A DNA stretch of 64,000 nucleotides, from the NCBI GenBank assembly GCA_043817315.1, contig JBDRGY010000014.1, positions 8,690 through 72,689 on the forward strand, read 5' to 3'. This stretch comes from Patescibacteria group bacterium. Lineage in GTDB: Bacteria > Patescibacteriota > Patescibacteriia > JBDRGY01. Made by a program: the position numbers and the translations under genes. Below the pieces are notes generated by a model, which worked only from the letters and a program-made list of their open reading frames with translations, was not told where the DNA came from and did no database searches. Shown one piece after another: positions 1 to 8,800 of this stretch (position 1 is the first letter of the stretch; every line of letters begins with the position of its first letter).

Positions 1-417
1 TCCCACGATCCAAAATATATCCCCCAGCTGCTTTTAGCAGCCAAGCAATATGATGTAGTTTTGGGATCCAGATACATCCACGGCGGCGGCGTCAGAAATT
101 GGGGTTTATCCCGTCGGCTGATTTCCCAGTTCGGTAATCTGTACGCCAGAGCAATTCTATTGTCACCAGTCAAAGATTTAACAGGGGGTTTTAAATGTTT
201 TAATAAAAAGGTCTTGGAATCTTTAGATTTAGACAATGTAGAATCTTTAGGCTACAACTTTCAGATTGAACTGACTTACAAAACATTAAAAAAAGGTTTT
301 ACCATCAAAGAAATACCTATTATTTTTACGGAAAGAAAAGGCGGTAAGTCCAAGTTTAACATGGGTATTGTTTTAGAAAGTTTTATTAAAGTAATTCAAT
401 TAAGGTTTAAAAAATAG
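1..417 (+). CDS. Glycosyltransferase family 2 (dolichyl-phosphate mannose synthase-like), 5'-truncated at the window edge
   Basis: Frame 1 is open from nt 1 (SHDPKYIPQLLLAAKQYDVVLGSRYIHGGGVRNWGLSRRL...) and continues into the ORF ending at 417. The C-terminal region (GGFKCFNKKVLESLDLD...GYNFQIELTYK) resembles the GT2 DPM1-like family. Confidence 0.55.
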   Translation, partial: SHDPKYIPQLLLAAKQYDVVLGSRYIHGGGVRNWGLSRRLISQFGNLYARAILLSPVKDLTGGFKCFNKKVLESLDLDNVESLGYNFQIELTYKTLKKGFTIKEIPIIFTERKGGKSKFNMGIVLESFIKVIQLRFKK

Positions 418-491
418 TAACACGTAATGAGTAACATGATTTTGTTGCTTTTTTTATTGTCCAAAACGTCTTAAAATGATAAAATTCATTT

Positions 492-2045
492 ATGATTAGC
501 GCCAAAATACGCCAAAACATACCGGAGATATTAAAATATCTCCTTATAGTTGTCTTTATAATAATTTTTTCTTATTTATCGTTTGCTAGGCATGATTCCT
601 TAAAAACATACATGAATGATTTGGGGGCGATTGAACAGGTTATTTGGAACACTCTGAACGGTAATTTTTTTGAAGGCTCTTCGGTGATGTTGGCCGGCAG
701 TGTTGATTACAATTATTTAGGGGCTCATTTTGGGATAATCTTAATTCTGCTAACTCCTTTTTATTGGTTGTTTTCCTCCCCGAAAACTTTACTTTTTATT
801 CAAGTGTTTTTGGTTGGTCTGGCTGGGCTGCCTCTTTATTGGTTAGCCAAGGAAAAGTTGAAAAGCAGTTGGGCGGGGATGGTTTTTCTGATTAGTTATT
901 TATCCTATCCGGCTATTCAAAACGCTTTACTTTACGATTTTCATGAGGTTGTTTTAGCCGCGCCTTTCACAATTTTTGCCTTATACTTCTTAGAAAAAAA
1001 TAAAAAAGTCCCCTTTGTAGTATTTGCTGTTTTGGCCTGCTTGTGCCAGGAGCATATTGCTTTGATTTTTTTCATGGTTGGACTATATATTATTTTTGTC
1101 AAAAAACAAAAACGATTTGGTCTGAAAGTCGCAGCAGCTGCTTTGATTTGGTTTTTACTTTTATTGGGAGTGATCATGCCGGCCCTGTCCACAAGCGGAG
1201 AACCAGAATTAATAAAAGCAGAAACTGAATATTATCCCTCGCGCTATGCTTGGTTAGGAGGTAGTCTTACGGAAGTTGTTAAAAACCTTTTTACTAACCC
1301 CAGCCAAACACTCAGCTACATTTTCCAATACGAAAAAATCAGATATCTTTTTTACTTGCTGATGCCGGTTTTTGGACTTGCTGTTTTTTCACCGATGGTT
1401 TTAGTTGCTTTGCCGATAATCGGGATTAATCTGTTAAGCAGTATCAACATGCCCTATAATTTATATTTTTACCATTCAGCCATTATTACGCCGATGATTA
1501 TGGTGGCAGCTATTTTGGCTTTAAAAAAACATTTTCTGGGCAGTAAATATTTACATTACTTTTTAGCTGCTATTGTTGTAGCCAGTTTGACTATTAATTA
1601 TATTTTTTCTTTGACTCCCTGGACGGCCAGATACAGCCTGGAGGATTTTAGGCCGACTGCTCATGCCAAGAAAATTTCTGAAATTAAGGAATTAATTCCG
1701 GATGAGGCTTCGCTCTCCATTCAACATAATTTAGGTTCCCATTTTACCCAACGCCGGAATATTTTTCGTTTCCCCCTTTCTTACAACGAAGCCGAATATG
1801 TTTTATTGGATTATACTGATCCCTATTACAATAACAGGGAACAGATATTTCATTTTGATTATTCTCTACAAATGCCTAGGAACATTTGGTTTGATTTGAC
1901 TGTAGAATTGATAAATAGCCCGGATTACGGGGTGATTTTTTTTGAGGACGGCTTTTTATTATTCCAAAAAGGAGCAGCCCGAAATCTAAATGACCAGGCC
2001 CACAGCGACATATTCGAGATTATTGATGATGGGGATCGTTTATGA
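492..2045 (+). CDS. Polytopic membrane protein, DUF2079-like
   Basis: 517 aa with more than 10 predicted TM helices. It sits inside a glycosyltransferase/methyltransferase cluster. The family call is by overall architecture only. Confidence 0.4.
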   Translation: MISAKIRQNIPEILKYLLIVVFIIIFSYLSFARHDSLKTYMNDLGAIEQVIWNTLNGNFFEGSSVMLAGSVDYNYLGAHFGIILILLTPFYWLFSSPKTLLFIQVFLVGLAGLPLYWLAKEKLKSSWAGMVFLISYLSYPAIQNALLYDFHEVVLAAPFTIFALYFLEKNKKVPFVVFAVLACLCQEHIALIFFMVGLYIIFVKKQKRFGLKVAAAALIWFLLLLGVIMPALSTSGEPELIKAETEYYPSRYAWLGGSLTEVVKNLFTNPSQTLSYIFQYEKIRYLFYLLMPVFGLAVFSPMVLVALPIIGINLLSSINMPYNLYFYHSAIITPMIMVAAILALKKHFLGSKYLHYFLAAIVVASLTINYIFSLTPWTARYSLEDFRPTAHAKKISEIKELIPDEASLSIQHNLGSHFTQRRNIFRFPLSYNEAEYVLLDYTDPYYNNREQIFHFDYSLQMPRNIWFDLTVELINSPDYGVIFFEDGFLLFQKGAARNLNDQAHSDIFEIIDDGDRL

Positions 2046-2680
2046 AGCCCAATTCTTTTGACGACAGATACAACGAGCAAGTCAAAGATTATTACCGGAA
2101 TATTGAGGATTATGATTGGGTGGAGGTTACTGATAATTGGAAAGGACCAGAATCTATAATTCACAAAAACCGAGAATGGACAATAAAAAAATTGATCAAA
2201 AAATACGGCCAAGGGAAATTTCTGGATGTTGGTTGCGGGGCTGGGCTAATCTTACGCCACCTGCCAAGAGGCTCTCAGGCTATCGATATCAACCCGCGAA
2301 ACATTGCCCGAGTAAAAAAATATGTACCTGATGCCAAAGTAACCCTGGGGGACGCCGAAGATTTACCGTATCAAGATGAACAATTCGATACGGTAATTTG
2401 TACGGAGACTTTAGAGCACCTAGTCAGGCCAGACAGAGCTTTATCAGAAATTCAAAGAGTCCTGAAAACAAACGGCGCTTTGATAGGTTCGGTTCCCCGT
2501 TTGTCGATTATTTGGCGATTCCGTTGGTTGAGCAGCACTCACCCCCATGATGAACCTTTTCACAACGAATACCGAAAAGAAGAATTGAGCAATCTTTTAG
2601 AGATTTTTCCCAAAAATAAAATTTGGAAATCATTAGGTCGAGCCAGCTTTATATTTATTGCGCATAAAAATGACAGTTAG
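2042..2680 (+). CDS. Class I SAM-dependent methyltransferase
   Basis: Motif I LDVGCGAGLILRHL and post-I motif DTVICTETLEHL. The start overlaps the upstream stop (ATGA). Confidence 0.7.
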   Translation: MKPNSFDDRYNEQVKDYYRNIEDYDWVEVTDNWKGPESIIHKNREWTIKKLIKKYGQGKFLDVGCGAGLILRHLPRGSQAIDINPRNIARVKKYVPDAKVTLGDAEDLPYQDEQFDTVICTETLEHLVRPDRALSEIQRVLKTNGALIGSVPRLSIIWRFRWLSSTHPHDEPFHNEYRKEELSNLLEIFPKNKIWKSLGRASFIFIAHKNDS

Positions 2681-4133
2681 ACTTTTCAAACAAAAACATA
2701 TCCTGATATTTATTCTGGTTACCATGGTTTTTCTCATTTGTCTGAAATTGCCCATGGACCCCGATATGGGATGGCACTTACAAGACGGTCAGTTGATCCT
2801 AGCCAACAAAGGAATTCCAGCCACTGATCCTTATTCTTATACCATGCCAGATTTTCCGGTAATTTTTCACGAGTGGTTGACTGATATAATTATGTGGCTG
2901 ATTTATTACCGTCTGGGCCTATTGGTTTTGTCGGTGGTTTTTGCCGCCATCACTTTCTTGGCTTTCATTACGGTAGCTCGGTCCATCCCGGCCAGATTTG
3001 AATATCAGATTTTGGCTGCTCTATTGGGGGCGATCGCTTCTATCCCGATCATTGGTGCTAGGCCTCAGATGATTACTTTATTGGGGCTGGCCATGATCAT
3101 TTATATTTTCTACCGGTTCAAAAACAACCCCCGAAGTAAAATAATCTATTGGTTGCCCCTAATTTTCTTATTTTGGGTCAATTTGCACGGAGGCTTTGTT
3201 ATTGGTTTATTTATTCTTGGTTTATTTTTGGGCCTTGAATTATTAAGACACTGGTTATCCAGGTTTATCAAGAAATTTTCTATTACCATAATGGCCTGGA
3301 GAGATTGGCTGAAATTGGCAATATTAACCGTGGGATCGGCTCTAGTCACTTTGCTAAACCCATATGGTTACAAGATTTATGAAGAAATTTATAGAACTTT
3401 CTTTGACTGTACCTATGCCAGGCAGAATATTTTAGAATGGCTGCCCCTAAAGTTTTTTCAACTAAATGCCACCCAGTTTATTATTTATCTGATTCTTTTT
3501 GTCATCCTTCTTTTGGTGGCTTGGCGCAAGATCGACTTTAGCTATCTGATAGTTACCATAATTTTTGGCGTCTTGGCATTTACCAGCTGGCGCAATGTTC
3601 CATTATTCATTTTAGTTAGTATTCCTTTTTGGGTATATTTTGTGAAAAATTTAACCGGGCAAACTCTGGTCAAATTTATGAGGTCAAAATGGACAATAGT
3701 TGTTTTATTAATCTGTCTATTTTTATTGGGTCAGCAGAAATATAATGAACTTGTTCCTCATACTAAATCTGTGGTAGAATTAGCCAAGAAAGCACATTAT
3801 CCCATTGAATTAACCCAGTGGCTTGCGGATAATCCGCAAGAGGGTAATGTTTTTAACGAATACAATTGGGGAGGGTTCCTTATCTGGCAATTGCCGGAAC
3901 AGAAATTTTTTATTGACGGTCGGATGGCCTGTTGGGAACAAAATGATATTGAGATTTTCCGGATGCATCAGAGGGCTCTAAGGCAAGAAGAAAGTTGGCC
4001 AGAAGTCTTTGACCAGTTTGATATCAAATGGGCCATCTTGGGAAAAAATGATTTGATAGGTGCTATCCTGGTCAGTCAGGGTTGGCAAGAGATTTATGCA
4101 GATGATCTGGCTAAAATATTAAGGAAAGAATAA
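2658..4133 (+). CDS. Polytopic membrane protein, possible GT-C fold glycosyltransferase
   Basis: 491 aa with about 12 TM helices in the N-terminal two-thirds and a soluble C-terminal domain, a topology typical of GT-C family enzymes. The true start may be the ATG at 2670. Confidence 0.35.
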   Translation: MRIKMTVRLFKQKHILIFILVTMVFLICLKLPMDPDMGWHLQDGQLILANKGIPATDPYSYTMPDFPVIFHEWLTDIIMWLIYYRLGLLVLSVVFAAITFLAFITVARSIPARFEYQILAALLGAIASIPIIGARPQMITLLGLAMIIYIFYRFKNNPRSKIIYWLPLIFLFWVNLHGGFVIGLFILGLFLGLELLRHWLSRFIKKFSITIMAWRDWLKLAILTVGSALVTLLNPYGYKIYEEIYRTFFDCTYARQNILEWLPLKFFQLNATQFIIYLILFVILLLVAWRKIDFSYLIVTIIFGVLAFTSWRNVPLFILVSIPFWVYFVKNLTGQTLVKFMRSKWTIVVLLICLFLLGQQKYNELVPHTKSVVELAKKAHYPIELTQWLADNPQEGNVFNEYNWGGFLIWQLPEQKFFIDGRMACWEQNDIEIFRMHQRALRQEESWPEVFDQFDIKWAILGKNDLIGAILVSQGWQEIYADDLAKILRKE

Positions 4134-5879
4134 ATGTTGAAGAATAAAAAACTGTTAATAGTAATCATCGCCGTTTTTTTGTTTTTGCCACAACTAGCCA
4201 GCGCTATTGAGTCGGGCACAATTAGTATCAAGCCGGCTTACCCTGATTCCGATGTCCAGTTTTCTAATAGTTGGTTTATTTACAATTTAGGCCCAGGAGA
4301 AAGCAAAGAAGATGCCTGCCTTATTCTAAATAATGGTGAAGAACCGGTGACGGTCGAGGTTTATTCGGTTGATGCCACTACTACTATTCAGGGTAGCTTT
4401 GCCCCGGGTGATTCCTATACAGAACCGAGCGGAGTCGGTTCCTGGGTAGCAATGTCTGGGCGTGAATTTGTGCTGGAACCAAATTCGGAACTGCTAGTAC
4501 CTTTTACTATTACTATTCCAGAAACAGTGGATGTGGGCGATCATATGGGAGCGGTTATCATTCAGAAAAAAGCGCCGGAACCAACTGAAGCCGGAGGCAC
4601 AGGAGTCAGTATTGTCACCCGAGTTGGGGTCAGGATATACCAGACTGTACCCGGAGAGGTGATCAAAGATCTAGATATCAATAGTCTGACCTGGCGCTAC
4701 GCCGATAGAGTATTATTTGAAGGGGAAGTTTTGAATAACTGGCTGCAATTTAAACGTTATCTGGGCTTTGGCAAGCCAGCCTCGATAGAAGTAGAGATAG
4801 CCAATAAAGGTAATAACAGGCTATTACCAAAAGGCCACTTTACTTTAACCAATATTTTCGGTCAGATCAGCCATAAGCAGGAATCGGATTTGGGAGAGAT
4901 TTTTCCCGGAGAAACTAATAATGTTCCGGTATCTTGGCACAAACCCTGGCCGGCACTTGGCCGTTTTGTCCTCAGGGTTGAAGCCACCTTTGATCAAGAG
5001 TTGCCTCCGGAGGAGAGGGAAATCGTAATTTGGGTTTTGCCGTATAATCTTATTTTTATTCTGATTATTCTGGCGGTACTGATCATCCTGATCCGGCTGA
5101 CCTTTCTACTGGTCATGGTCAAAAAACGCAAAAAGTGGGCTACTCATGTGGTGCAGCCCGAGGAAACTTTGGCCGACATCGCGGTAATGTATTCGGTCAA
5201 ATGGAAAAAAGTGGCTAAGGTCAATAAATTAAAAAAACCATTTAGTTTATCTTCCGGTCAAATTTTGTGGATACCGGGGGTCAAAAAGAAAAAAGAAATG
5301 GAAGAAGTGGGTACTCCTTTACCCCAGGAGGCCAAAGAGGGCAAAACGATTACTATCTGGAAGTGGGATTTGACACCGACTATCTTCTGGTCTAGTTTGT
5401 CGGGATTGATCATAGTGGTGCTGGCCGTTTTATGGTTTGTCTGGCTGGATGATGTTTTCCTGCAACCAACTGTTACTGTCAACGCCAATGTCAATGCCAA
5501 TACTAATGTCAATGTTAACACCTCGTTGATTCCCCAAGAAGCTTTAGATAGAGATATAGTCCGTAAATCTGATTTGGCCGAAATCCAGGAGGCCCTAGAA
5601 AGATATAAAACAGCAGAGGGCCAGTATCCTTTGGCCGAAGACAGAGACAGGACTAACTCCGCCGGGAATCGTTTGCAAGTCGAGCTACAGGACAAAGGTC
5701 ATCTATTGGAGCTACCGGTTGATCCTCTGGATCCCCAATATTATTACGGCTATTTATCAGCAGACGGTTCCAGTTATGAAATTACCGCAGTTTTGGAGAA
5801 CACCGAAGACCCGGAAGGAATCTTAGTCAACGACTTTTATCTCTACCAATTGGCACCAACAGCTTCCGAAGAGATATAA
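4134..5879 (+). CDS. Secreted/membrane protein with a LysM domain and a C-terminal type IV pilin/pseudopilin-like globular domain
   Basis: Signal peptide (MLKNKKLLIVIIAVFLFLPQLASA), TM helix, LysM (HVVQPEETLADIAVMYSVKWKKVAKVNKLKKPFSLSSGQILWIPG), a second TM helix, a NANVNANTNVNVN low-complexity linker, then a GspG-like segment (DLAEIQEALERYKTAEGQYPLAED...LPVDPLDPQYYYGYLSADGSSYEITAVLEN). Confidence 0.55.
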   Translation: MLKNKKLLIVIIAVFLFLPQLASAIESGTISIKPAYPDSDVQFSNSWFIYNLGPGESKEDACLILNNGEEPVTVEVYSVDATTTIQGSFAPGDSYTEPSGVGSWVAMSGREFVLEPNSELLVPFTITIPETVDVGDHMGAVIIQKKAPEPTEAGGTGVSIVTRVGVRIYQTVPGEVIKDLDINSLTWRYADRVLFEGEVLNNWLQFKRYLGFGKPASIEVEIANKGNNRLLPKGHFTLTNIFGQISHKQESDLGEIFPGETNNVPVSWHKPWPALGRFVLRVEATFDQELPPEEREIVIWVLPYNLIFILIILAVLIILIRLTFLLVMVKKRKKWATHVVQPEETLADIAVMYSVKWKKVAKVNKLKKPFSLSSGQILWIPGVKKKKEMEEVGTPLPQEAKEGKTITIWKWDLTPTIFWSSLSGLIIVVLAVLWFVWLDDVFLQPTVTVNANVNANTNVNVNTSLIPQEALDRDIVRKSDLAEIQEALERYKTAEGQYPLAEDRDRTNSAGNRLQVELQDKGHLLELPVDPLDPQYYYGYLSADGSSYEITAVLENTEDPEGILVNDFYLYQLAPTASEEI

Positions 5880-5882
5880 TAT

Positions 5883-8800
5883 ATGAGAGATAAAGTATTT
5901 AAAACAATCAACCTTGTTTGTTTAATTGGCTTGGTTTTATCTACCATACCGAGTGCAGCAATTGATTCCTGGCTCGGTTCTTTTGGTTTAGTGAAGAACG
6001 AAGTACAAGCTGGCATCATTGAACCGCTTATCGAAACGGACTGGCACCCCTTTACTGATAATGCTGTTCGCAAGAAAAATGAAGACGGTACCTGGACCGC
6101 TAATTTCTTCGAGAATAAACGCTATATCGATTATCAGGGTCGTTGGCAGCTGAAGAAAGATTTGTTAACTGTCAAAGTGGGGGATAACGCGGAAATCATC
6201 TTTAATTGGGGAGACAGAGAATTTCAGTTAGTCCCTTATACTTACTTTCATGGAGAAAAATATCGTTACGAAAATCTTAATTCTTTAGTCAAAGAGCAAA
6301 TTGATTTACAGGCAGAGATAAAGGATATTGAGGGTGGGAAAAAGTGGTCGCACACCTTGAATAAAGCTAAGTATTTAGATAAGGTCGGTTTTGTTTTTGA
6401 ACCAGCCGGCCTGATTGTCAAGAAAAATGACACTTTGTTAGCCCTGGATGATTTTTTGTATTTAAGTTTCAACGATTTACTGCAGTCAGGTTACGATATT
6501 GAATTAACCGATCAGGAATTAGTTGTGGCCAATTTGAAAGAAGGTTTAAATATTTTAGATCCCAACTTTAATTCCACAGCAGCGGCTGACGGACAGCTTA
6601 CCAGATCATTCCCCAGCGGCACTAATGATGCCGCTTATCCTTCGGCAGACCCAACTAATATCGGGGACGATCTTGAATTTTTACCCTTTGGAGAAACCAG
6701 CCAATACTTCCGAGGCTATTTTTCTTTTGATACCTCATCTATACCAGACGGCGACTTGTCCAGTATCAGTGGGGCCAGCCTATACACTTATGTAGAGGCT
6801 TTTGTCCGGTCATCCAGATATACCCCTCCCCTTGGTTGGGCTTATGATTACATGTGCGACACTGATGATATCGGTGCCTCGTTAGACACTGGAGACTGGG
6901 ATCTGTCCAGTCCGGTTAATTGTGTTGCTGCCAATAACTGGGGGGGGCCGGGAAATGAAGGCTGGAAAAGCCCAAGCATTGGAGGTGGTAATGTTAATAA
7001 GACCGGAGACACTGATATTGAAATTAAACAGTATTATGGCACCACTGCCGGAAAAAGAGCCTACGCTCAAGTAACCATGACCGAGGACGGCGGGGCCAAT
7101 ATTCCTTATCTGACGGTTACCTACACGGAATACGATCCGGTCCAGAAAAACTGGCGCTGGTATGATGACGAGTGGGACTCTAGAGCAGAGCGGATATATA
7201 TAGTGGATGATTACGATGCCCAGGCTTATGCCAGTTGCGATACAGATGGAACCTTTGCTGGGTCAGAAAGTGAATTTACTTCTGGTGACTACGGCAACAT
7301 TGATGAAGATGACGCCAATCTTGTTCTAGACGGAAATTCAGTAGAGAATGAATACACCTATCACAGATTTGTCTTTACCATTGATGGATCCATTTCGGAC
7401 ATTTATCAGGTTGATGTCACCTGGAAGGGTTATGCCGAGGATGATGATATTAATTATGGCCACTCTTTGTGGATAGAAGAGAACAGTACCTGGACGGAAA
7501 GAGATAGTGGTACCTCTTCCTCCAAAGAGACATTATCATATAGTTATACTTCAGGATTTGGTGACATTATCAGCGGAGGTACCATGGAAGTGGCTGCCCA
7601 GGCCGATGTTACTTCTGGCGGCTTTAATACTTTAAGAAGTTATTACGCTGAAGTCAAAGTTTATTACAACACTTTAAATGAAGATTTAGGAGCGGAAAAT
7701 GCCGAAGCCTACAAAAACCCAATTTTCTGGGATCAAACCCTGAAATTAAGAGTAACCCTGGAGAATGAAGGAGCCATAGCCGGAGATAATATCCGCAAAG
7801 CTTTGCAGTATTCTACGGATGAATCCAGCTGGACTGATGTTTCGGAAAATGACGCCGGAACCCCCAATCTCTGGCGTTACGGCGATCCCATCAAGTGTGG
7901 AGGAACCGATGATGCTGTCCTGCCCGCTTTATTATTAACGGACTCCGATACCTTGGCAACTCATAACGAATCAGGGGATGATGCCTCTACTTATGATCAC
8001 GCCGTGGCGGATTTAGCTGAATACGAATTCTGCTTGGAAAATTACGCAGCTACTCCCGATACGCTTTATTATTTTCGGGTTTATGATAATGGACTGGGAG
8101 AAGAGGTGCCCTTAGACACCAGTGAAACTCATCCCCAATTGACAACCTCTGAGGTGCCGGTCCGCTCCGGACCAGACGGAGTCTTTACCCACTATACTAT
8201 TAATCAAATATATGATAATGACCAACTGGCTATGAAATTCTTGGCTCCGGATGATCTAGCTGACTGGAAAATTGCCTTTTGGGGATCGGAATTCGGTACT
8301 GTCACTGACAGCTTGAAAGTTGATGTTTGTCAGGCCACTGAAGATGATGTTTTTGATGCCAACTGCCTTGTTTTGGACACGGCTTCCATTGACCCATCTG
8401 CAATCAAGGATTGGCAGGCCGATATGGCCTATACTTATGACATTGTTGAAGGTAATTATTACTGGCTGCATTTCTACGAAGATGGCACGGCTGGAGACAG
8501 TACCAATAATTTCCGAGTCAGGAGTGTCAGTTCCCGAATAAAGAAGGAGATTGCTCAGTTTACAACTGACGGTTGGACAGGTACGACCGAAATGGGCAGT
8601 ACAACAATAAGGATAAAAGATGGCAGTGCTACCGATAAAAGGATATACCCGATGTATGTAGGCTCGGATCAGGAATTATATACGGCCGATACTTACCAGA
8701 TATACAGTCCCCGGGCTGATTTAACAGTCAATTACGTCTATTTAAAATTGGCTGGTAGAGATAATACGGGTGGAGATATTTCCCTGAGTATTTGTAATCA

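Noticed and set aside
5470-5525. Short periodic repeats (NANVNANTNVN) considered as a possible CRISPR or minisatellite
   Set aside because: The repeat unit is 6 nt, in-frame within a coding sequence, with no spacers. It is low-complexity coding sequence, not a CRISPR.
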